From Octopus bimaculoides (lineage: Eukaryota), in NCBI RefSeq assembly GCF_001194135.2, contig NC_068981.1, positions 75,347,994 through 75,411,993 on the forward strand: a stretch of 64,000 nt of DNA. Direction: 5' to 3'. Shown here piece after piece: positions 1 through 14,694 of the stretch (position 1 is its first letter; the number at the start of each line of letters is the position of its first letter). A program made the translations under genes and the position numbers. The notes under the pieces were generated by a model. That model made no database searches. It was not told the DNA's origin and saw nothing but the letters and a program-made list of their open reading frames with translations.

Positions 1-429
1 TGCATATAAAAATTTAGATTTTCCGGATTACTGTCTCATAATGATGCCCATTGTTAAAGTTTTACTATCAACTAAGTTAAAATAAGATATATAGTTAATA
101 TAGTACCATAATATTTAATGAATCATCATCATCATCATCATCATCATCAACAACAACAACAACAACCACATCATAATTAACTAAAGAATAATCAACAGCA
201 CTACAATTCTCGTTCATTTTACGATCTTGTTATTCTTTTTTTTTTCGTTATTTGCTGTTCACAATACAGCAATTTTGGATTAATCTGAACTCAGACGCAT
301 CCTTATTGAGAGTATCATCTAACCTTTTTAATTCTGACCTTAATACTCTGCCCTACTTATTCTCTATGTTGAAATGTTATATCATTTAAAGAGTTTGCAA
401 AATGCAAGTTTTTCCCGATTCTTTTAAAT

Positions 430-2457
430 TAACTAACCGCTTCTTTTATCGCACGATTCAAATTTTAATAGTGGATCTAAGAGACTTGGTCAAATCGTGT
501 TAACCTTCTTCAAGCATGTGAATAATTAAACGTTTGGCAAAATCAATAAAATGTGATATAATCAACTGCAAGTGCAACATTAATTATTCACATGTCAGCA
601 TTACCCTGTATATATAAGCAACAACAGCCTTGTGTTTGCTGTTTGGATCGATCAATATATGATTTGGTATGGGGAAAAACACACGATAGATATAAGAGTT
701 GAGGTACCGAAAAATTATGTATAACGTTAGCTCCCAATGATGGGATTTTATCTTCGTGTGGCTTTAGTGATTTATAATATTGAAGAAGGAAAGGAATTTC
801 AAAGACTCAGCCTAGCTACTTCCCCTGTTTATCTAATTATCTAAAATAATAGTTACTACCATTCCTGCATGCATTGTCTCACTTTCCATATGCGTTCTGT
901 ACAAGAATAAGAATACGTCTGAATATGTTTGTGAGTACATGTCAGTTTGTTAGAACATGATCGTAACTTCTTTGTAGTTAGAGAGGCATTGATTCATTCA
1001 GGCGAAGAATTTTTAAAAAATTGTTTCCGCTTTGACAGTAGTGAAGGTTGGTCTCCAAAAATTTATCGTAATAGTTATGCAATAGTAAATGACTTTTGCA
1101 AGTTACCAACATGATCAGAGTAACGTAAATACATACCTGTTTATTAAAGTGTTTCACACTTTTCATCAGCCGAATCAATTCTATATTTCATGAGCTAAAA
1201 AACAGAACATTATAAAATGTTGATGTTTTTTTGTTCGCCATTATATTGTGAAAATTGTAAAATACACGTAAGCACCGGGTAGAGCAACCTTTTACGTCAG
1301 TGACAACTCTGTTACCATTCAAAAGAACATATTAATGCTACCTTAAACACATAGCTTCTCTGCGATATATTTGAGACTTTGAAACTATAAAAAGGAATCA
1401 ATATTCTTGAATAAAGATAAAAGAAAACTTTCAAACGAGCTTAAATCCTTTAGATTGTCTATATATCAAGGATAAAATCAAAGATTAGCCGCCATCGGGA
1501 AAATAGGTAGTTCATCCGTAGACAAAATTTCAATCGATAGAAGTGAAATAAATTTTACAAAAATCTTTTCCTATATTGCTAGTAAAATATTTTGATATGC
1601 TTCATTGGAGGGTGCGATTTTATTCACGGTACACAAATCCTTTGAGGCATTCTGAAATATTTTTACAGCCGCTGGGATATCTAAGATATTCATCGCAGAT
1701 AATACTGCGCATTTACTAAAATCGCGTGTCATCCTTACACATTGGAATGAGAAGTAGACATAAGTCCGCTTTCTGAGAGACATTAAAATATCTGGGCATT
1801 TTCCAGTGTAAAATGACTGAGAAAAATTTGCAGCATTTAATAGCAATACAAAGTTTCATATATTATATTTACCATTATGTTTAAAATAATATAGTTGGAA
1901 ATTTCTTTCAGTAAACCTGAGAGGAAGACAGACACAATTTGGTCTCTGATTTAACCTCAAAAGGAAATGTAATCCTCAAAGAATACTGAACTGAATTCTA
2001 TCTACGGGGACTTGTGATACTGCTGAGCTTCTACGCTTATTTAGTGGTGCAGTATTATTTACATCAGTCACATATAGTATAAAAGCATTCAGATGTTGAA
2101 AAACGTCAGCTGTCAAATATGAACTGCTATTTATAAGTAAAATTTGGCTCTTGAATATTTATCCAATCATAACTTTAAAGAGGGAACAATATGATCTTCT
2201 TTTTTTTTAAATTGGACGGTGATCCACTAAAAACTTATATAAGGAACATTATCTGGTAATTAATTACATTAAATATGACTTTATTTTCTTATTATCTAGT
2301 CCACAAGACACCGTTGATTTTTTTCCGAAACACAGGAATATGTGACACAAATGATCGCAGCTACAATAATTTTCATATCCTTTTCATTTTAGTTGAAGTT
2401 TTATTAGACACATCTTCGATATCATATAGCGACTAATATTGTATAGTTATTTCCATT

Positions 2458-2526
<69 letters not shown>

Positions 2527-4850
2527 GAACGCTGCTTCTGGTAGCTGTTGCTGCTATTTATACTACCTTTTACGGGAATAGTGAGTGATTTGGTAGAATT
2601 TGTACAGCAAGCAACCGATAGGATACATTTCAGTCTTTAGTTATGAATTCAATGAGTCATGTTTAACTTCTCTTTTCATTGTTATGGGGGCGATGAAATA
2701 GGGTACCTGTTGGTATTAGGTTCGCTGCTTCCAGCAATTTCTTCGTCTGAAACTTGCTGGGATTATGCCTCAATTACAAATTGCTAGAGTACTGTAGATT
2801 GGCAAAATATTTGGAGCATTAGACAAAAATAATTTGGGGCATTTATTCGTATTGTTTTGATTTTAAGCGCAACTTTACATTTAGCTTTTCGAGGCCGATA
2901 AACTATTGCAACATTCAATCAGTGGTTTCGATGATGTCGATCCTGTCGGAATCGCCGGAGTGCGGGATGGGACATTTGTAGTATTTATTTCAGGTGTTTA
3001 GGCTGTACGTTCAAATCCCATCGAAGTCAAGTTAGTGATTCTGCTTTCATTTTATAAGCAATTTCCGTCTTTGAAATGATGGTGGTGTCTATGTTATAAA
3101 AATGTCGACTGCCATAATTGTGTCGTGCGCATTTCCTTGTTCCTTACAACTCCTTACAACTCATTGCAACACAAATAGCAATGAAAATGGCATCTGCCCC
3201 AATAATATGGTCAGTTAAAGCGTTTAACGATAAACATTACTTGAACACCAGATCACTGCAAACGAAAATAAATACAAGTTTGCTCAGAAAAACAACGTAT
3301 TCTTTCTCTAAGTGTTTAATCCAGAAAAGTTGAGGGGAAAGGCAACATGGACAATAAGTGGAGGGATGAGCGCTTCCACGACTCTGAATAAGTAGAATTG
3401 TGTATCGTGTAATTCAGAATCTAAGAAACTTTGTGTGTTCATGTATCCCAGTGCATGTTTTGTAACCTTTTTGAACAAGACTTTTTCTACAAGACTTCTA
3501 TCCAGTAAAACGAAATTATTTATCCCAGAAGAAACGTTCGAGTGTCAGAAGAAATTACCACATTGCCCTATGTTTTATAATTTTACTTGAAAAACAACCC
3601 CTATGGGGTATTTACACTAGTCTACCAACCTAATACTTGAGTTTAAATGAAAAGAAAATTGCTAACGTTACGCGTAAATTAAAATCATGTATTGTTTAAA
3701 GGCGTTGAATTGACATAATAATTAAAGATAGGTAAACTACTTAATAGTATAAGCTCCATTTCCTTACGTTCCTTGTCCTACTATGTTTAGTATTCTTTCG
3801 GGGTTAATAAAATTAAGTACCAGTCAATTCTTTGAGTTTTTGATTACTGCTCCTACCCTCAAAATTGTTGTCATTTGTCTAAATCTCTATTTCAGAAGCC
3901 ATTAGGATCGGCTAAGTTGTAGAATTGTTAGAGCTTTGATATTCTTTACATCCGATGACATGCAATGTATGCGGAGACATGTAACGAAATAAATTTTGAT
4001 ATATTGAAGTTTATGTTTCGTATTTTCTCAGGTTAATAGAATGATTACATCAAATAAAACAAAACTGTTTATTTCTTCATATATGAAATGTCTTCTTGTG
4101 TCTCAGCAAACATCGATATTTCTTGTATCAAAGCATTGCGTAAGGACTTGAGCTTTATTACTTTCCTCGGTTCATTAGGATCGGCATGCACGACCAAATT
4201 TCCAATATTTTTAACTCAGATTTCTTTCCAGAAGCAAAACTCGATACATACGCATATTGATAAAGCATTTAACTGGACAGCCATTTAGAAAATCAATTAC
4301 CGTTCGTCACTTTTATTTGGACATGCACTAGTAATTGCTTGAAATAACTGTGAATGTTTAAACGAACATGTGAGCTGCTCTTGCATGTTACGTTTTTTCA
4401 CTCATTCCAGCAACGGAGATGGTATCATTTATTCCATATATTTAAATATGGATTCCTGCACAGTTTTAATAAACCAAACAGAATTTTGAAATTCTAATTT
4501 AAGTTTACAAAAAGTTACATTTTTCTCGATCAGGTTTTGTTTTACTTTCTATTTGCCTTTTACTGAAACTTGTCTTAATTTACGTTGTCTTGGTGCTAAC
4601 TGATTGTTTGAATGATACATAAGGAAAAATACCCAAACCATACGACTTAGTTTAATTAAGTTGCCGTTTCTTATGTCGTGATATAAATCTGTAAATTGAA
4701 GATGCTATTTCCATGTTGTTATCGACCATCTGGAATAACAGCTCTCTCATTGTAATATACTAGAGATCACTACTTTCGAATTTTTTTGCACCAATGTTGT
4801 ACTCTATCTATGAAAAGCGTGTGCCAAGCGTTTGTTTAGGGATTTAACAT
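430..4850 (-). pseudogene. Decayed TLR-like pseudogene remnant 1 (LRRs - TM - TIR); may be two fused remnants
   Basis: Minus strand 643->463 reads in one frame NSKHKAVVAYIYRVMLTCE*L...KRLIIHMLEEG*HDLTKSLRSTIK, which fits the second half of a TIR domain. A hydrophobic stretch VCIYVTLIMLVT lies in ORF 978-1178. LRR-like motifs: FSGLNT*RK (3302-3328), KNIKALTILQLS (3911-3946), DIRNGNLIKL (about 4650). Many stops and frameshifts. Confidence 0.6.
2461..2526. repeat. (TAC)n microsatellite
   Basis: Perfect tactactac run. Confidence 0.95.
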
Positions 4851-5011
4851 ATGATCAGACATTACACATTCCCCCTTGATTCAATCACGTTCTATTATTC
4901 ATTCCTTCAATCAATAACTAACAAATGTTGTTTTAGATTAATGGTGTACAATTCAATATATCACACAATCTCTGTGAATATTAATCATACTTACACATAT
5001 ATAAGCGTGCT

Positions 5012-5125
<114 letters not shown>

Positions 5126-5602
5126 GGCAGCATTATATATTTTCTTATATATAGATATAATATGGGCAGTCGATTGTTATACTTCTATCATTGCTTCACA
5201 GTTCTTTGGTTCGTTAGTTTTTCAATGATTGTAATCCAGTATGAATTACAAAATGAATGCTTTCAGTTGTATTCTTTCTTTTTTATCATTTAGTTGTATG
5301 ATATTCCTTTTTCTATTTAATTGTATTATATTCTTGTTATACTATTTATGTATGAATGCCGATCCTAACGGCGTGTTTGCGTTTCAATATACTGTTTTAA
5401 ACAAGTTACTGTTTATGTCTGTACGATAACGTATTTATTTGAAATACATAACTTGGGCCTATGTGTGTATGCATGTGACAATGTGTATTTCATTGTATAT
5501 TTAAATCCATCTGTATTTATCTTTATATGTGTTCAAGGTTGCTAAGTACAGTTATTTACAATCGTATGTCAATCTAACTTCCTTATTAATATAGCATAAC
5601 TC

Positions 5603-5800
5603 AGTGAGCTGGCACAATCATTAGCACGTCGGAGAAATCCTTGGCAGCGTTTCATCCGACTCATTACCTTCTAAGCTCAACCTTTTCTTTTGAGGCTTTC
5701 TTCGAGGTCAGTAAAGTACCAGTCAATTAGTGGTGTCAATGTTATCGACTTTTTCCCACCTTCAAAATTGTTGGCTATATGCCTAAATCACGAAGAATTA
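5603..5800 (+). mobile_element. SINE family B (tRNA-like head), diverged copy
   Basis: Begins gtgagctggcacaatcattagcacg and ends aaaattgttggctatatgcc...gaattatt; colinear with the copies at 38449 and 41772. Confidence 0.75.
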
Positions 5801-6199
5801 TTAATATGGTTTGAGATATTACACACACAAAAAAAAAATACCTAATAAACAATTAAATAAGCAAACAGGAAATATATGACCGATTTAGACTTATTTATCC
5901 ACTATTAAGATAAGCATAAAGTTTTCATGTAGGTAGTTATTAATTTAACTCAATTTTTTTTCTAATTTTATTAGTAACCGTATAAAAAGCATTGTTATCA
6001 ATTACTTTTTTCATGTTGACTCTATTGGAGTAACATGATCTAAGTTTCTGGTTTACAACTTCGCAAATGGAAGCCTGAAGAGGACGGTTATGTGTATCTT
6101 TTTAATAGTTTTTCATTATAATCGACATTTGATACAGTATATTTACATCGCTTTATCTAAAAGTCACTGTCAATTGTTAATGGCTAAATTACGATATTT

Positions 6200-7450
6200 G
6201 AATTGAATTATTAAAAAAATTAAAGCTTAGCAAAATGCATAATGCTACTCATTATCAGCTGACTGACAGCAATATACATTGAAAGATGGAACAACTTTTT
6301 CTTTTCTGAATGCAGATAGAAGGCAAATTGCATATTAAATGGTTTATAAAACAATAACGCTATAATAAATAGTATTAGTAGTAACTATAGAAAGCAAAAG
6401 TAATGCATTCAATTCTGGTAATTAAGAAGCCTAAACTTTACCCTTGAGCTTTCACATGGTTGATAGTGACGTTTTGCACCAAAACTTCTATCCAAAAATA
6501 AATCTTATACAAATCCTGATGAATCATTTCCAATGATTAATCCAACAAAAACAGAGCTAAGTAACAATATTTCATATAAATTCAACAATGTTATCTGGAA
6601 ATATCCAGCAGCAACATCTTAGAACAATAGCGCATTAGTTATAAGTTGGTTTACACACATCCGAAATAAAGAAGTATAGTTATAAATCCAATTTGATATA
6701 ATTAACTGGTACAAATCTATAACTATGCTTTGATTGATAAGGTTATGCCATACGGCAAACTGGAAGAATACTTAGAATGTCGAAAAAAAATTTGTAATGA
6801 TTTCTCTGCCTTCTGGGTTCAAATCACTTCGCTGCTGTGCTTTTCATTGTTTTGCGCTCGATAGTGTGGAGTAATCAAAGCCCCATCTTTTATAGTAAGG
6901 TTATTGATCGGCAGAGTTAGAGATTACGGTCCCTCGTTACCTCAGTTTAAACCCGACGTAATTTTGCTTTGCATTACTCATCTGATATGATAAGGTACTT
7001 GTAATCGGGTCGATTATCCTTGTCTAATTCTCTTCCCCGATTGCCTGAACTTATGCTTGTGTTAGCAATAACTACCCTGGGTCCTACAGAATGCAAAACT
7101 ATTTGCAGCCAATGCTGAAAATGACATGTATATAGTGATGCTTGTCCGACTATCAACTGTGCTGTGCAACAAACTCCTGTATTCTTTCATCAATGCTGAT
7201 TTTCACTCCTTGAAACTTCATCTATCTGCGCACATTGGTCTTGTCAATGGAGTCATCTCCGCTAACGAATTGTACCTTTCTGTGGATGGCGAAAATGTGC
7301 ACCTCTCAGTGAAGAATTTAATGAAGACAGTTGATTTTGCTTGTAATATGCCTGCGATAGAGAACAGAGTTATTCTGGCAGGAATGACTCTTTCTGGAAA
7401 TTGGGGATTTGAATGACTTGTTATTAGCAGCGGATATACAGGCCGCATGT
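6200..7450 (-). pseudogene. Decayed TLR-like pseudogene remnant 2 (LRR/LRRCT - TIR)
   Basis: LRRCT-like LYTCHFQHWLQ...NRGREL in ORF 6974-7156. TIR box2-like DVAAGY/PDNIVEFI at 6575-6618 (one frameshift), then FLDRS/WCK near 6480, resembling FLxSxWC. Confidence 0.55.
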
Positions 7451-7981
7451 TCTATCGTAAATAAAACTTATACTGGAAGTTTTATATTTGCTAACATGTC
7501 AGTTAAAATGTTAGGCCCACTTTTGCATCATACTCACATATATATGCAAATATATAATATACGTTCGCGTAAATACATTATTACATACAAATATATGCAC
7601 GACGCGTGTGATTAAATGTATATGTTTACATGTACGCGCGTTGCATTGGAAAGATGATTATGTTCTTTTTTATTTATTTTCTTCAATTCAAAAGAGAAAA
7701 GTTACAACTGGAACATTCTCAATACTGTGCTCGTATTTTCTTGGGTCTGTAGTCATTTGATTACCATGATAAATTTTTATCTGAGTTTTCTGTATATCAA
7801 CAAGTCTACATTATAATGCTGCGTAGCGTTGTATTTCCGCATATATTCTTCTATTGGTTGTTCTACAAGAAATTTTAGAATATCTGGTGTTAATTACTCT
7901 TTGTTTCTTTCTGCGAATTATTTTATATAGAACTCCTTTTCTAGATAAAGTATCTAAATGATATTGTAATTAGAAATCTTA

Positions 7982-9231
7982 TAAGGTTGTTCCGAAAATA
8001 ATGGCCGCTCTAAGTGTTGTGTAATGGAACGCAATTTTATCATAGTATTTGAATTATATTTTATGTGTATTTCGACATACTTAATAATTGATGAATGGCT
8101 CTTTAATAATTGTCTACATATTTCTAACAGAAAACATTCTTGAAGCATACGCGCCCTTAATTATAAACATGAAAAAAAAGGGACCTTCGGTTACTTTCCT
8201 TGCATGAGTCCAAGCTTGGGCACAATGCCTCCCAAACTGCTGCCAATATCAACAGAGCAGGGGTAAAGGGGTTCACAATTGATCGCACAGTGTCAAGGTG
8301 GTTTCAAAATTTCCGTGGTGATGATGATGCGAGCCTTGAAGATGAAGAAAGTAGAGGATGGTCATGCAGTCTTGACAATGAAGAATCGAAAGCAATTGTT
8401 GAACAAAAGCCACGTCAAAGTGTCAGAGAAATGTCTCAGACACTTGGTGTCGGTGTTACAAAGGTCTCACACAAGAATACGATTGGTAAGGTGAAAAAGC
8501 TCGATAAATGAGCTCAATGAAAATCAAAAAGTTCAGCGTTTTGAAGTGTGCTCGATGCACTTACTGCGAAACATCAAAGATCCTTTTCTTGACCGAATAA
8601 TCACTTGTGACGAAAAGTGGATCCTTTATAATAACCGTAAACGATCAGGTCAATGGATTGATCGTGATAATTTCCCAAAGCCAATGTTGCATCAGCAAAA
8701 GATTATGGCTCTTGGTATTGTCCATTACAGCTTACTGGATGTCAATCAGAGCATTACAGAGGAGGTTTACTGCAATGAACTCGCTGAAACGCATGCGCAC
8801 TTGAAAAAAATGCCACCTGCATTGGTGATTCGGCGTGGCCCAAATCTGCGTCACGATAAGGCAAAGCCACATGTTGCAAGAATGACGCTGTAGAAACTCA
8901 CAGACTTGGGATACGAGACTTTACCATTACCACATCCTCCATATTCTCCTGGTCTTTCACCCTCTGACTACCATTTTCTTAAGCATTTAGACACGTTTTT
9001 AATTGATAAAACTTTCAAGTCCAAACCAGAGGTGGAATCAGTTTTCAAAGATTTCTTAGCATCAAAGCCAATAAGTTTTTATCGACGAGACATAAATAAT
9101 CCCGTTGATCAATGGCAGAGATGCATAGATGTTCACGGTTCATACTTTGACTAATCAAAACATTTCTATTGTTAATTTTCCAGAATAAAACTATGTTTCT
9201 GAAATCGGCCATTATATTCGGAACAACCTAA
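7982..9231 (+). mobile_element. Full-length mariner (D,D34D-type) DNA transposon, transposase pseudogene
   Basis: Left end tataaggttgttccgaaaataatggccg (7980-8007) matches the reverse complement of 9206-9233 at 26/28 positions, including TA target duplications. The transposase is split over ORFs 8200-9154, with IITCDEKW, HDKAKPH and YSPGLSPSDYH motifs. Confidence 0.95.
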
Positions 9232-9459
9232 TAACACAGCATTTTTGTGGACATTTGCTTTTACATGTAAGTATACAAACGTATTTACATCTTTTGTTTG
9301 TACCAATGTAACACATCACGTATTTTCGGTCTGGATGAGGTGTTTTCTAATGTTTTATTTATATTTGCGACGTGTTTCGCTGTATTGAGTAAAACGACTT
9401 AATCATACACACACATAATATATTTTTTATTCTTGAGGATCATTAACGTAGGATCATTA

Positions 9460-9593
9460 AGGCTCCGGCGTGGCTCTGAGGTAAGATGTTTGCTTTCCAG
9501 TCACATGGTTCAAGGTCCAATTCTACTGCCTGACACCTTAGGTGAATGTCTTCTACCATAGCTTCGGGCTGACGGAAACTGAAAGAATCCCAT

Positions 9594-9636
<43 letters not shown>

Positions 9637-9870
9637 GCATGTGTATGTGTCTCTGTGTGTATTTGTGTTTGTGTTCGCCCTACCACCACCAGCTCTTGAC
9701 AACCGTTGGTGATGTGTTTACCTCCCCGTAACGTCATAGTTCGGCAAAAGTGGCTGATTGAATAAGTACCGACCTTTTTAAAATTAAGTACTGCGGTCAA
9801 TGCTTTTTTCTAAAATTTCTTCAAGGCGGCATGGCCGCAGACAAATGACTGACACAAGTGGAAGATAAAC
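9460..9870 (+). mobile_element. SINE family A (tRNA-like head, internal TA/TG microsatellite)
   Basis: ggcgtggct...cacatggtt...ggaaactgaaagaa-(TA)n-...cttgacaaccg...cggcaaaag...gcatggccgcag...aatgactga; same layout at 14990, 28596 and 44890. Confidence 0.85.
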
Positions 9871-12802
9871 GATGTCTTGATACTACTCCATTGATGTTAT
9901 ATTTCATCTGTGGAAATCGACATCAAGAAAGAAACCCCTGGCTAATACAACTTTTTATTTATAAAAGTTCTTATCTAGGCAGAGAAAAGGCATTTCCTTT
10001 GTACATGTCATTAATAGTTTTCCTATAAGTTGTTCGGCGTAATTGGTGTCTTTATTCGTGGATGTACATTACTTAACACGAATTCTGTTGTTTCGGCCTC
10101 TGAAGCGTTGGTGAGAAAATTACAAATAGATTTGTTGGATGTTAGGAATTCTGCTTTTAACCATATACTATAAATATGCTTTGATATTGCTATTTATTTG
10201 TTTGCTTATTTCCTGCATAGATATATTTGCTTGGAATATTATTGGATGAAGTAGGCTGTATAAAAATACAGATTAATATACATAGGTATATAAAAATAGG
10301 TTTTGAATGCAAATATATGAAACTCTCTTTAAACCTTCATCAAAAAGCTACACGCATACATGGTAGAATTTTATATTTCATCGTTTCTCGTTTATTTTTC
10401 AGTCTTTACTGTAACGATAAACTTGTATTCTTTCATTTTCATCAATCTAACTCAGCTTTAATTGTTTGATAATGTCACTACATATATTGTCAGTCTTTAT
10501 ATATGTTGCAGGCATATCATTTACAATTCATTTTGCAGAAATCTATTTGTGATAGAACATAGAGCCTGCACATCTACTTCTGATCACAAGTCATTCATCT
10601 CCCCTACTTCCAGAAGGTACTCTCTGAGATCCTGATGTCTTCTCTTTGTTTCTCAACATTTTATTTTCATATCCGTTTGAAACTAATCCGTTTTAAACTA
10701 TATCAGTCTCCTTCATTTAAGGTCTAAATATAAAACATAGAAACGTAGATAATAGGATTGATCCCTATATATATAATAATTGAAATGAAGAGAAAGTAAA
10801 ACCAAAATAGTTGAGGTGCAATTAAGCTTCACATTCGACTCCGTGGTGCATAGATCATCACCACTACCTTCCTTGTTACAGTATGTAAAAAGGACACTAT
10901 ATTTTGAGCATAGGTGTATTTTGGTGTGCATAATGTCTGCATTTTGATATCATGATTCATGATCCATTGTACATTTTTAGTCAAACTGAAGCCATTCTTT
11001 TATGCGTATATGTCTGTTCTCTATCTAAAAAGAAAAACCGATTTTTACGAATACACAGTAGACAAATTTGCCAAAGATTAAAAGCTTTAATTTAAAAATA
11101 GCTAACGATGTTTTTTCCTTGTGAACTGCAAATTTATCCAATGATAGAAGTAAAGTGAACATTATTAAAAATAAAGTATCGTCATCAAAGGAGAGATTAA
11201 ACATATTAAAATTAATTATTCAATGGTTTAATCAGGTAATAAACGCTTAAACCTGTGAAACTAAATATGCAGCAGTTCTGATAGCACTTGTTTCTTTTTA
11301 TATAGCTTGCATACGATTTAGATAAGCAACGTTTTTTTATTCTAAATGCATGTTTAAAGACAGCGTCTCAAGTAAAACATTTACAATCATTTTCCTGCTT
11401 TATCTTTTCAGAGAGGTTGACACTAACTTAACTTTCAGAACAGACCAAATAATATCGTATGGCATGTGTTTTCTTATTTTAGTTATGGATCCAAGTGCAT
11501 GCGTATAAGAAAAGTGAAAAAGAAATAAATTAACAATGCGCGACGTATTAGTAAATACGCAAACGTAACCAAATCAAAATAACTAAAATAGGCAATTTTT
11601 CGCCGAATATCAAAATTTGTGCATCGGTAGTGTACATATGATTTTCAACATTAGTCTTCAAGGCAATAAAAAGAAGCAGATGTATACGGAGAGTTTATGT
11701 AGAAGAAGTAGTAAAGTTCTAAATGGCATTTAACTTACAAGAAAACAGCATTTCGGTGGAAAAACCGAACACTACTAATATTACATAGTTAGTTTCATAA
11801 GCATACGTTAGCAGCCGAAATAGTAACTGTAGCATGTTTAATTTTCCTACTACTTTTTTGGCAGGAGGTAATTACGTTTTGTTCTACTCTAATTCTTTGC
11901 TCAATTCTTAGACATACTTTTCTGCCCACCTTTAGAACCAGCAACTTATATTTAGGTCTTTTATCCACATTTAGTATTGATTTAGTGTTCATGTTTAACT
12001 TAATGTGCTTCTTCGTATTGCAGTAACACGACGTTCGTGCTTTCCTTTAATACTTTATTCAAGAGGAAAGGCTGTGCCCAATCACCGAAGCTGATGGCAG
12101 GGATAGCTGTATCTTAAAATCAGAGATTTATTTCAAATGCCTATTGAACTTATCGAAGGCTCTATGAGAGTGGGGTTAAACCTGATGTTTTTGCTTTTCT
12201 CACTTCCTAACAACAATCCCAGTAACGTTAGGCAGTAACGTGAATAGAACTTTTCAGAACTTATTAATAAAGGACAACTATCTATGTAATTTTTACATCA
12301 GTGTTTAACGATTTGATGTGAAGGAAAATGTTGCTGCTATAGTTTATGTAGACTCTTTAAATTCTTTCAAATCAGCTTTAGAACCCGTAACATTATTTTA
12401 AACACAGTATTACGTATAGCATAAAGAATTGAGGGAAATCTGATGCATTGCTTCATTGGTTTAATGAAATGCTCAACAAATTATGTGCTAGATTTCTTCA
12501 ATTTGGCACAATGAATTGTTATGCTTTTAAAACCTTCTTATTGAAGAAAAAATGTTGAATTCGTCAGTTTCGAAACATAGTTCAGTTACAAATGGTATTA
12601 TCGTGTAGGCATGATAATCTGTGATTCACTTTGATAGCTAATACTGAGGCGATGGGAAGCTTAACAAATCGACAATTCATTCCATTTTAGTGTGGGACAG
12701 TACTTGATGAATCAGCTGAAATCAAGATATCCTGTTGTTAGATAAACACAGTTCTGATGATTATTACTGTTATATTTTAATCCACAAGATAGTTGGAAAG
12801 AA

Positions 12803-12805
<3 letters not shown>

Positions 12806-12876
<71 letters not shown>

Positions 12877-12880
12877 TATC

Positions 12881-12915
<35 letters not shown>

Positions 12916-12925
12916 CTATGTGTGT
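12806..12925. repeat. (TC)n + (TATC)n microsatellite
   Basis: Directly visible. Confidence 0.95.
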
Positions 12926-13895
12926 GTATATAAGGGAACTGACGTATGTATAACATAGGAAAGGACTGTTTTTTTATGTCGATGTTATTCTATCAAAGCA
13001 TTTATACTCACCTGACTACAAGTCAGGTTAGCTAATTAACTGCATTAATAAATCCTGCAGCATTCAGTGAGAAATATTACACTTAGACTATCTACGATCA
13101 CTCTCAATGATCAAGTTAATAAAGTTAAGCCTTTGTATCACAACAAATTGCTCGATGAAAGTAAAGATATAAACTATGTATTAAGAGTAGATAGAATTAT
13201 AAATAGCATAGATAGACAAAACATTTCTGTACATTATATCCGAAACTTAGCTGGAGAAATACCACCGTCCTGTGAGCTTACATTTTGAAATTAAAACATA
13301 CGCTTTTTGATATAAAAAGGAATATTGTAAAAATGCTCCATCGTACAATTCAAACAGGAAATCCGATGTCCTGCGTGCAGCTGGGGTATAGAAAGTAATA
13401 TTTCCGAAAGTATATTTATTAAATATGAACTAGGAACGCTTCATGTCGTGTAATCACCAATTTCTTGAAGCTGTCTTAGATTATTAGCTGGTCATCTATC
13501 AAAATAGATAACATATATCTACTTATAGATTCCTTCCAGCCCTGTATTTACTGCTTTAAAATATACACATATTACTGATTTACTTACCTTTCTATTTTGA
13601 TTTCGAAATCTATTGAATTTAACACAATATCATTCATCGTAATAACTTCTTTCGCTAGTCTTGGTCTAAGCTATTAGATGATATGTTCAAGTGTCTTTTC
13701 AAATATGACTTCCCTTTTTTGACATATTGCTATGGGCTCTTTATATCTTCCTTTCTTCTCCATCTCCACATGATATTGATTCCATACACTCATTGTATAT
13801 ATTACATCCCTTTTCATATTTATGTATTAAGACTTTACCTGTTTCATTCTAGATTTTTTCCATTGATACAAACATTACTATGTACATGTGTTTGT

Positions 13896-13896
13896 C

Positions 13897-13992
<96 letters not shown>

Positions 13993-14035
13993 GTGTGTGT
14001 CTATGTATGTATGCATGTATGTATGTATGTATGTA
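13896..14035. repeat. (ATCT)n / (TATG)n microsatellite
   Basis: Directly visible. Confidence 0.95.
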
Positions 14036-14595
14036 TATTTACAAATATGAAATAAATATGCCTGCAGGCTATGTGCGCTACACATTTGGTAAAAAAAAAG
14101 AATTCAAAACTGATCACGGAAACGATTAACGAAAAAAGAATCCGTGGCAAGAAAGCCTTGGAAATCCTGACTACAAACGCAGTTTTGGCGCGTTTAAAGA
14201 CTGAAGACTTTAAATTCCATGGTATTGCTCTTATGGCTGCACTAGTGATATAGGGAAAAGCACTGATGCAATAGACAAACAAGGACAAAACTAGAGAGAC
14301 AATAAAATACAAGTAGGATGGTAAGAGAACGGATAGAAACAATACGTTGACAGAATTTGTTTATTAAATTGCTGCACGGAAAAACGATAAAAATTTAAAG
14401 GAAAACAGGAAAATCCACACAATTATCGACTGAAATTCAGCAACATTTTAACACCTTATCTATAGTATTGTATAATTTAATGTCGTCTACATTAAAAGGT
14501 TGTTATAAATGAGCAAACATGAAAGAAAGAAGGGGACAAGTATAAGACTTGGTATATAGATCAAAACACATGGGCATATGAGTATATACACACGT

Positions 14596-14640
<45 letters not shown>

Positions 14641-14650
14641 NNNNNNNNNN

Positions 14651-14694
<44 letters not shown>

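Larger units (their letters stand above)
7650..11400 (-). pseudogene. Very decayed TLR-like remnant 3, interrupted by a mariner and a SINE
   Basis: YLHSKPIF (about 10300, LRRCT-like), WLKAEF (about 10160), juxtamembrane FHR*NI (about 9910), and weak TIR-like IYRKLR*KFIMVI...SFELK (7680-7800). The motifs are weak. Confidence 0.35.
11550..14342 (-). pseudogene. Decayed TLR-like pseudogene remnant 4 with all domains recognisable
   Basis: ORF 14001-14342 gives a signal peptide followed by IRAIPWNL (LRRNT-like). LRRs: LNISSNSL (13667-13690), NLAHNLLSI (12468-12494), KNLKSLHKL (12340-12366). TIR: WIKDL, then GRKVCL...EQNVITSCQKSSRKI in ORF 11795-11992. About 2.5 kb after removing microsatellites, the size of a single-exon TLR. 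Confidence 0.7.

Noticed and set aside
5241-5429. Plus-strand ORF with hydrophobic start and PNGVFAF..LNKL (LRR-like)
   Set aside because: An isolated motif on the strand opposite all other remnants, in low-complexity AT-rich sequence; likely chance.
7276-7351. Possible minus-strand host exon (polypyrimidine-CAG ... AG/GTAC)
   Set aside because: No recognisable product or partner exons; the region is better explained as part of TLR remnant 2.
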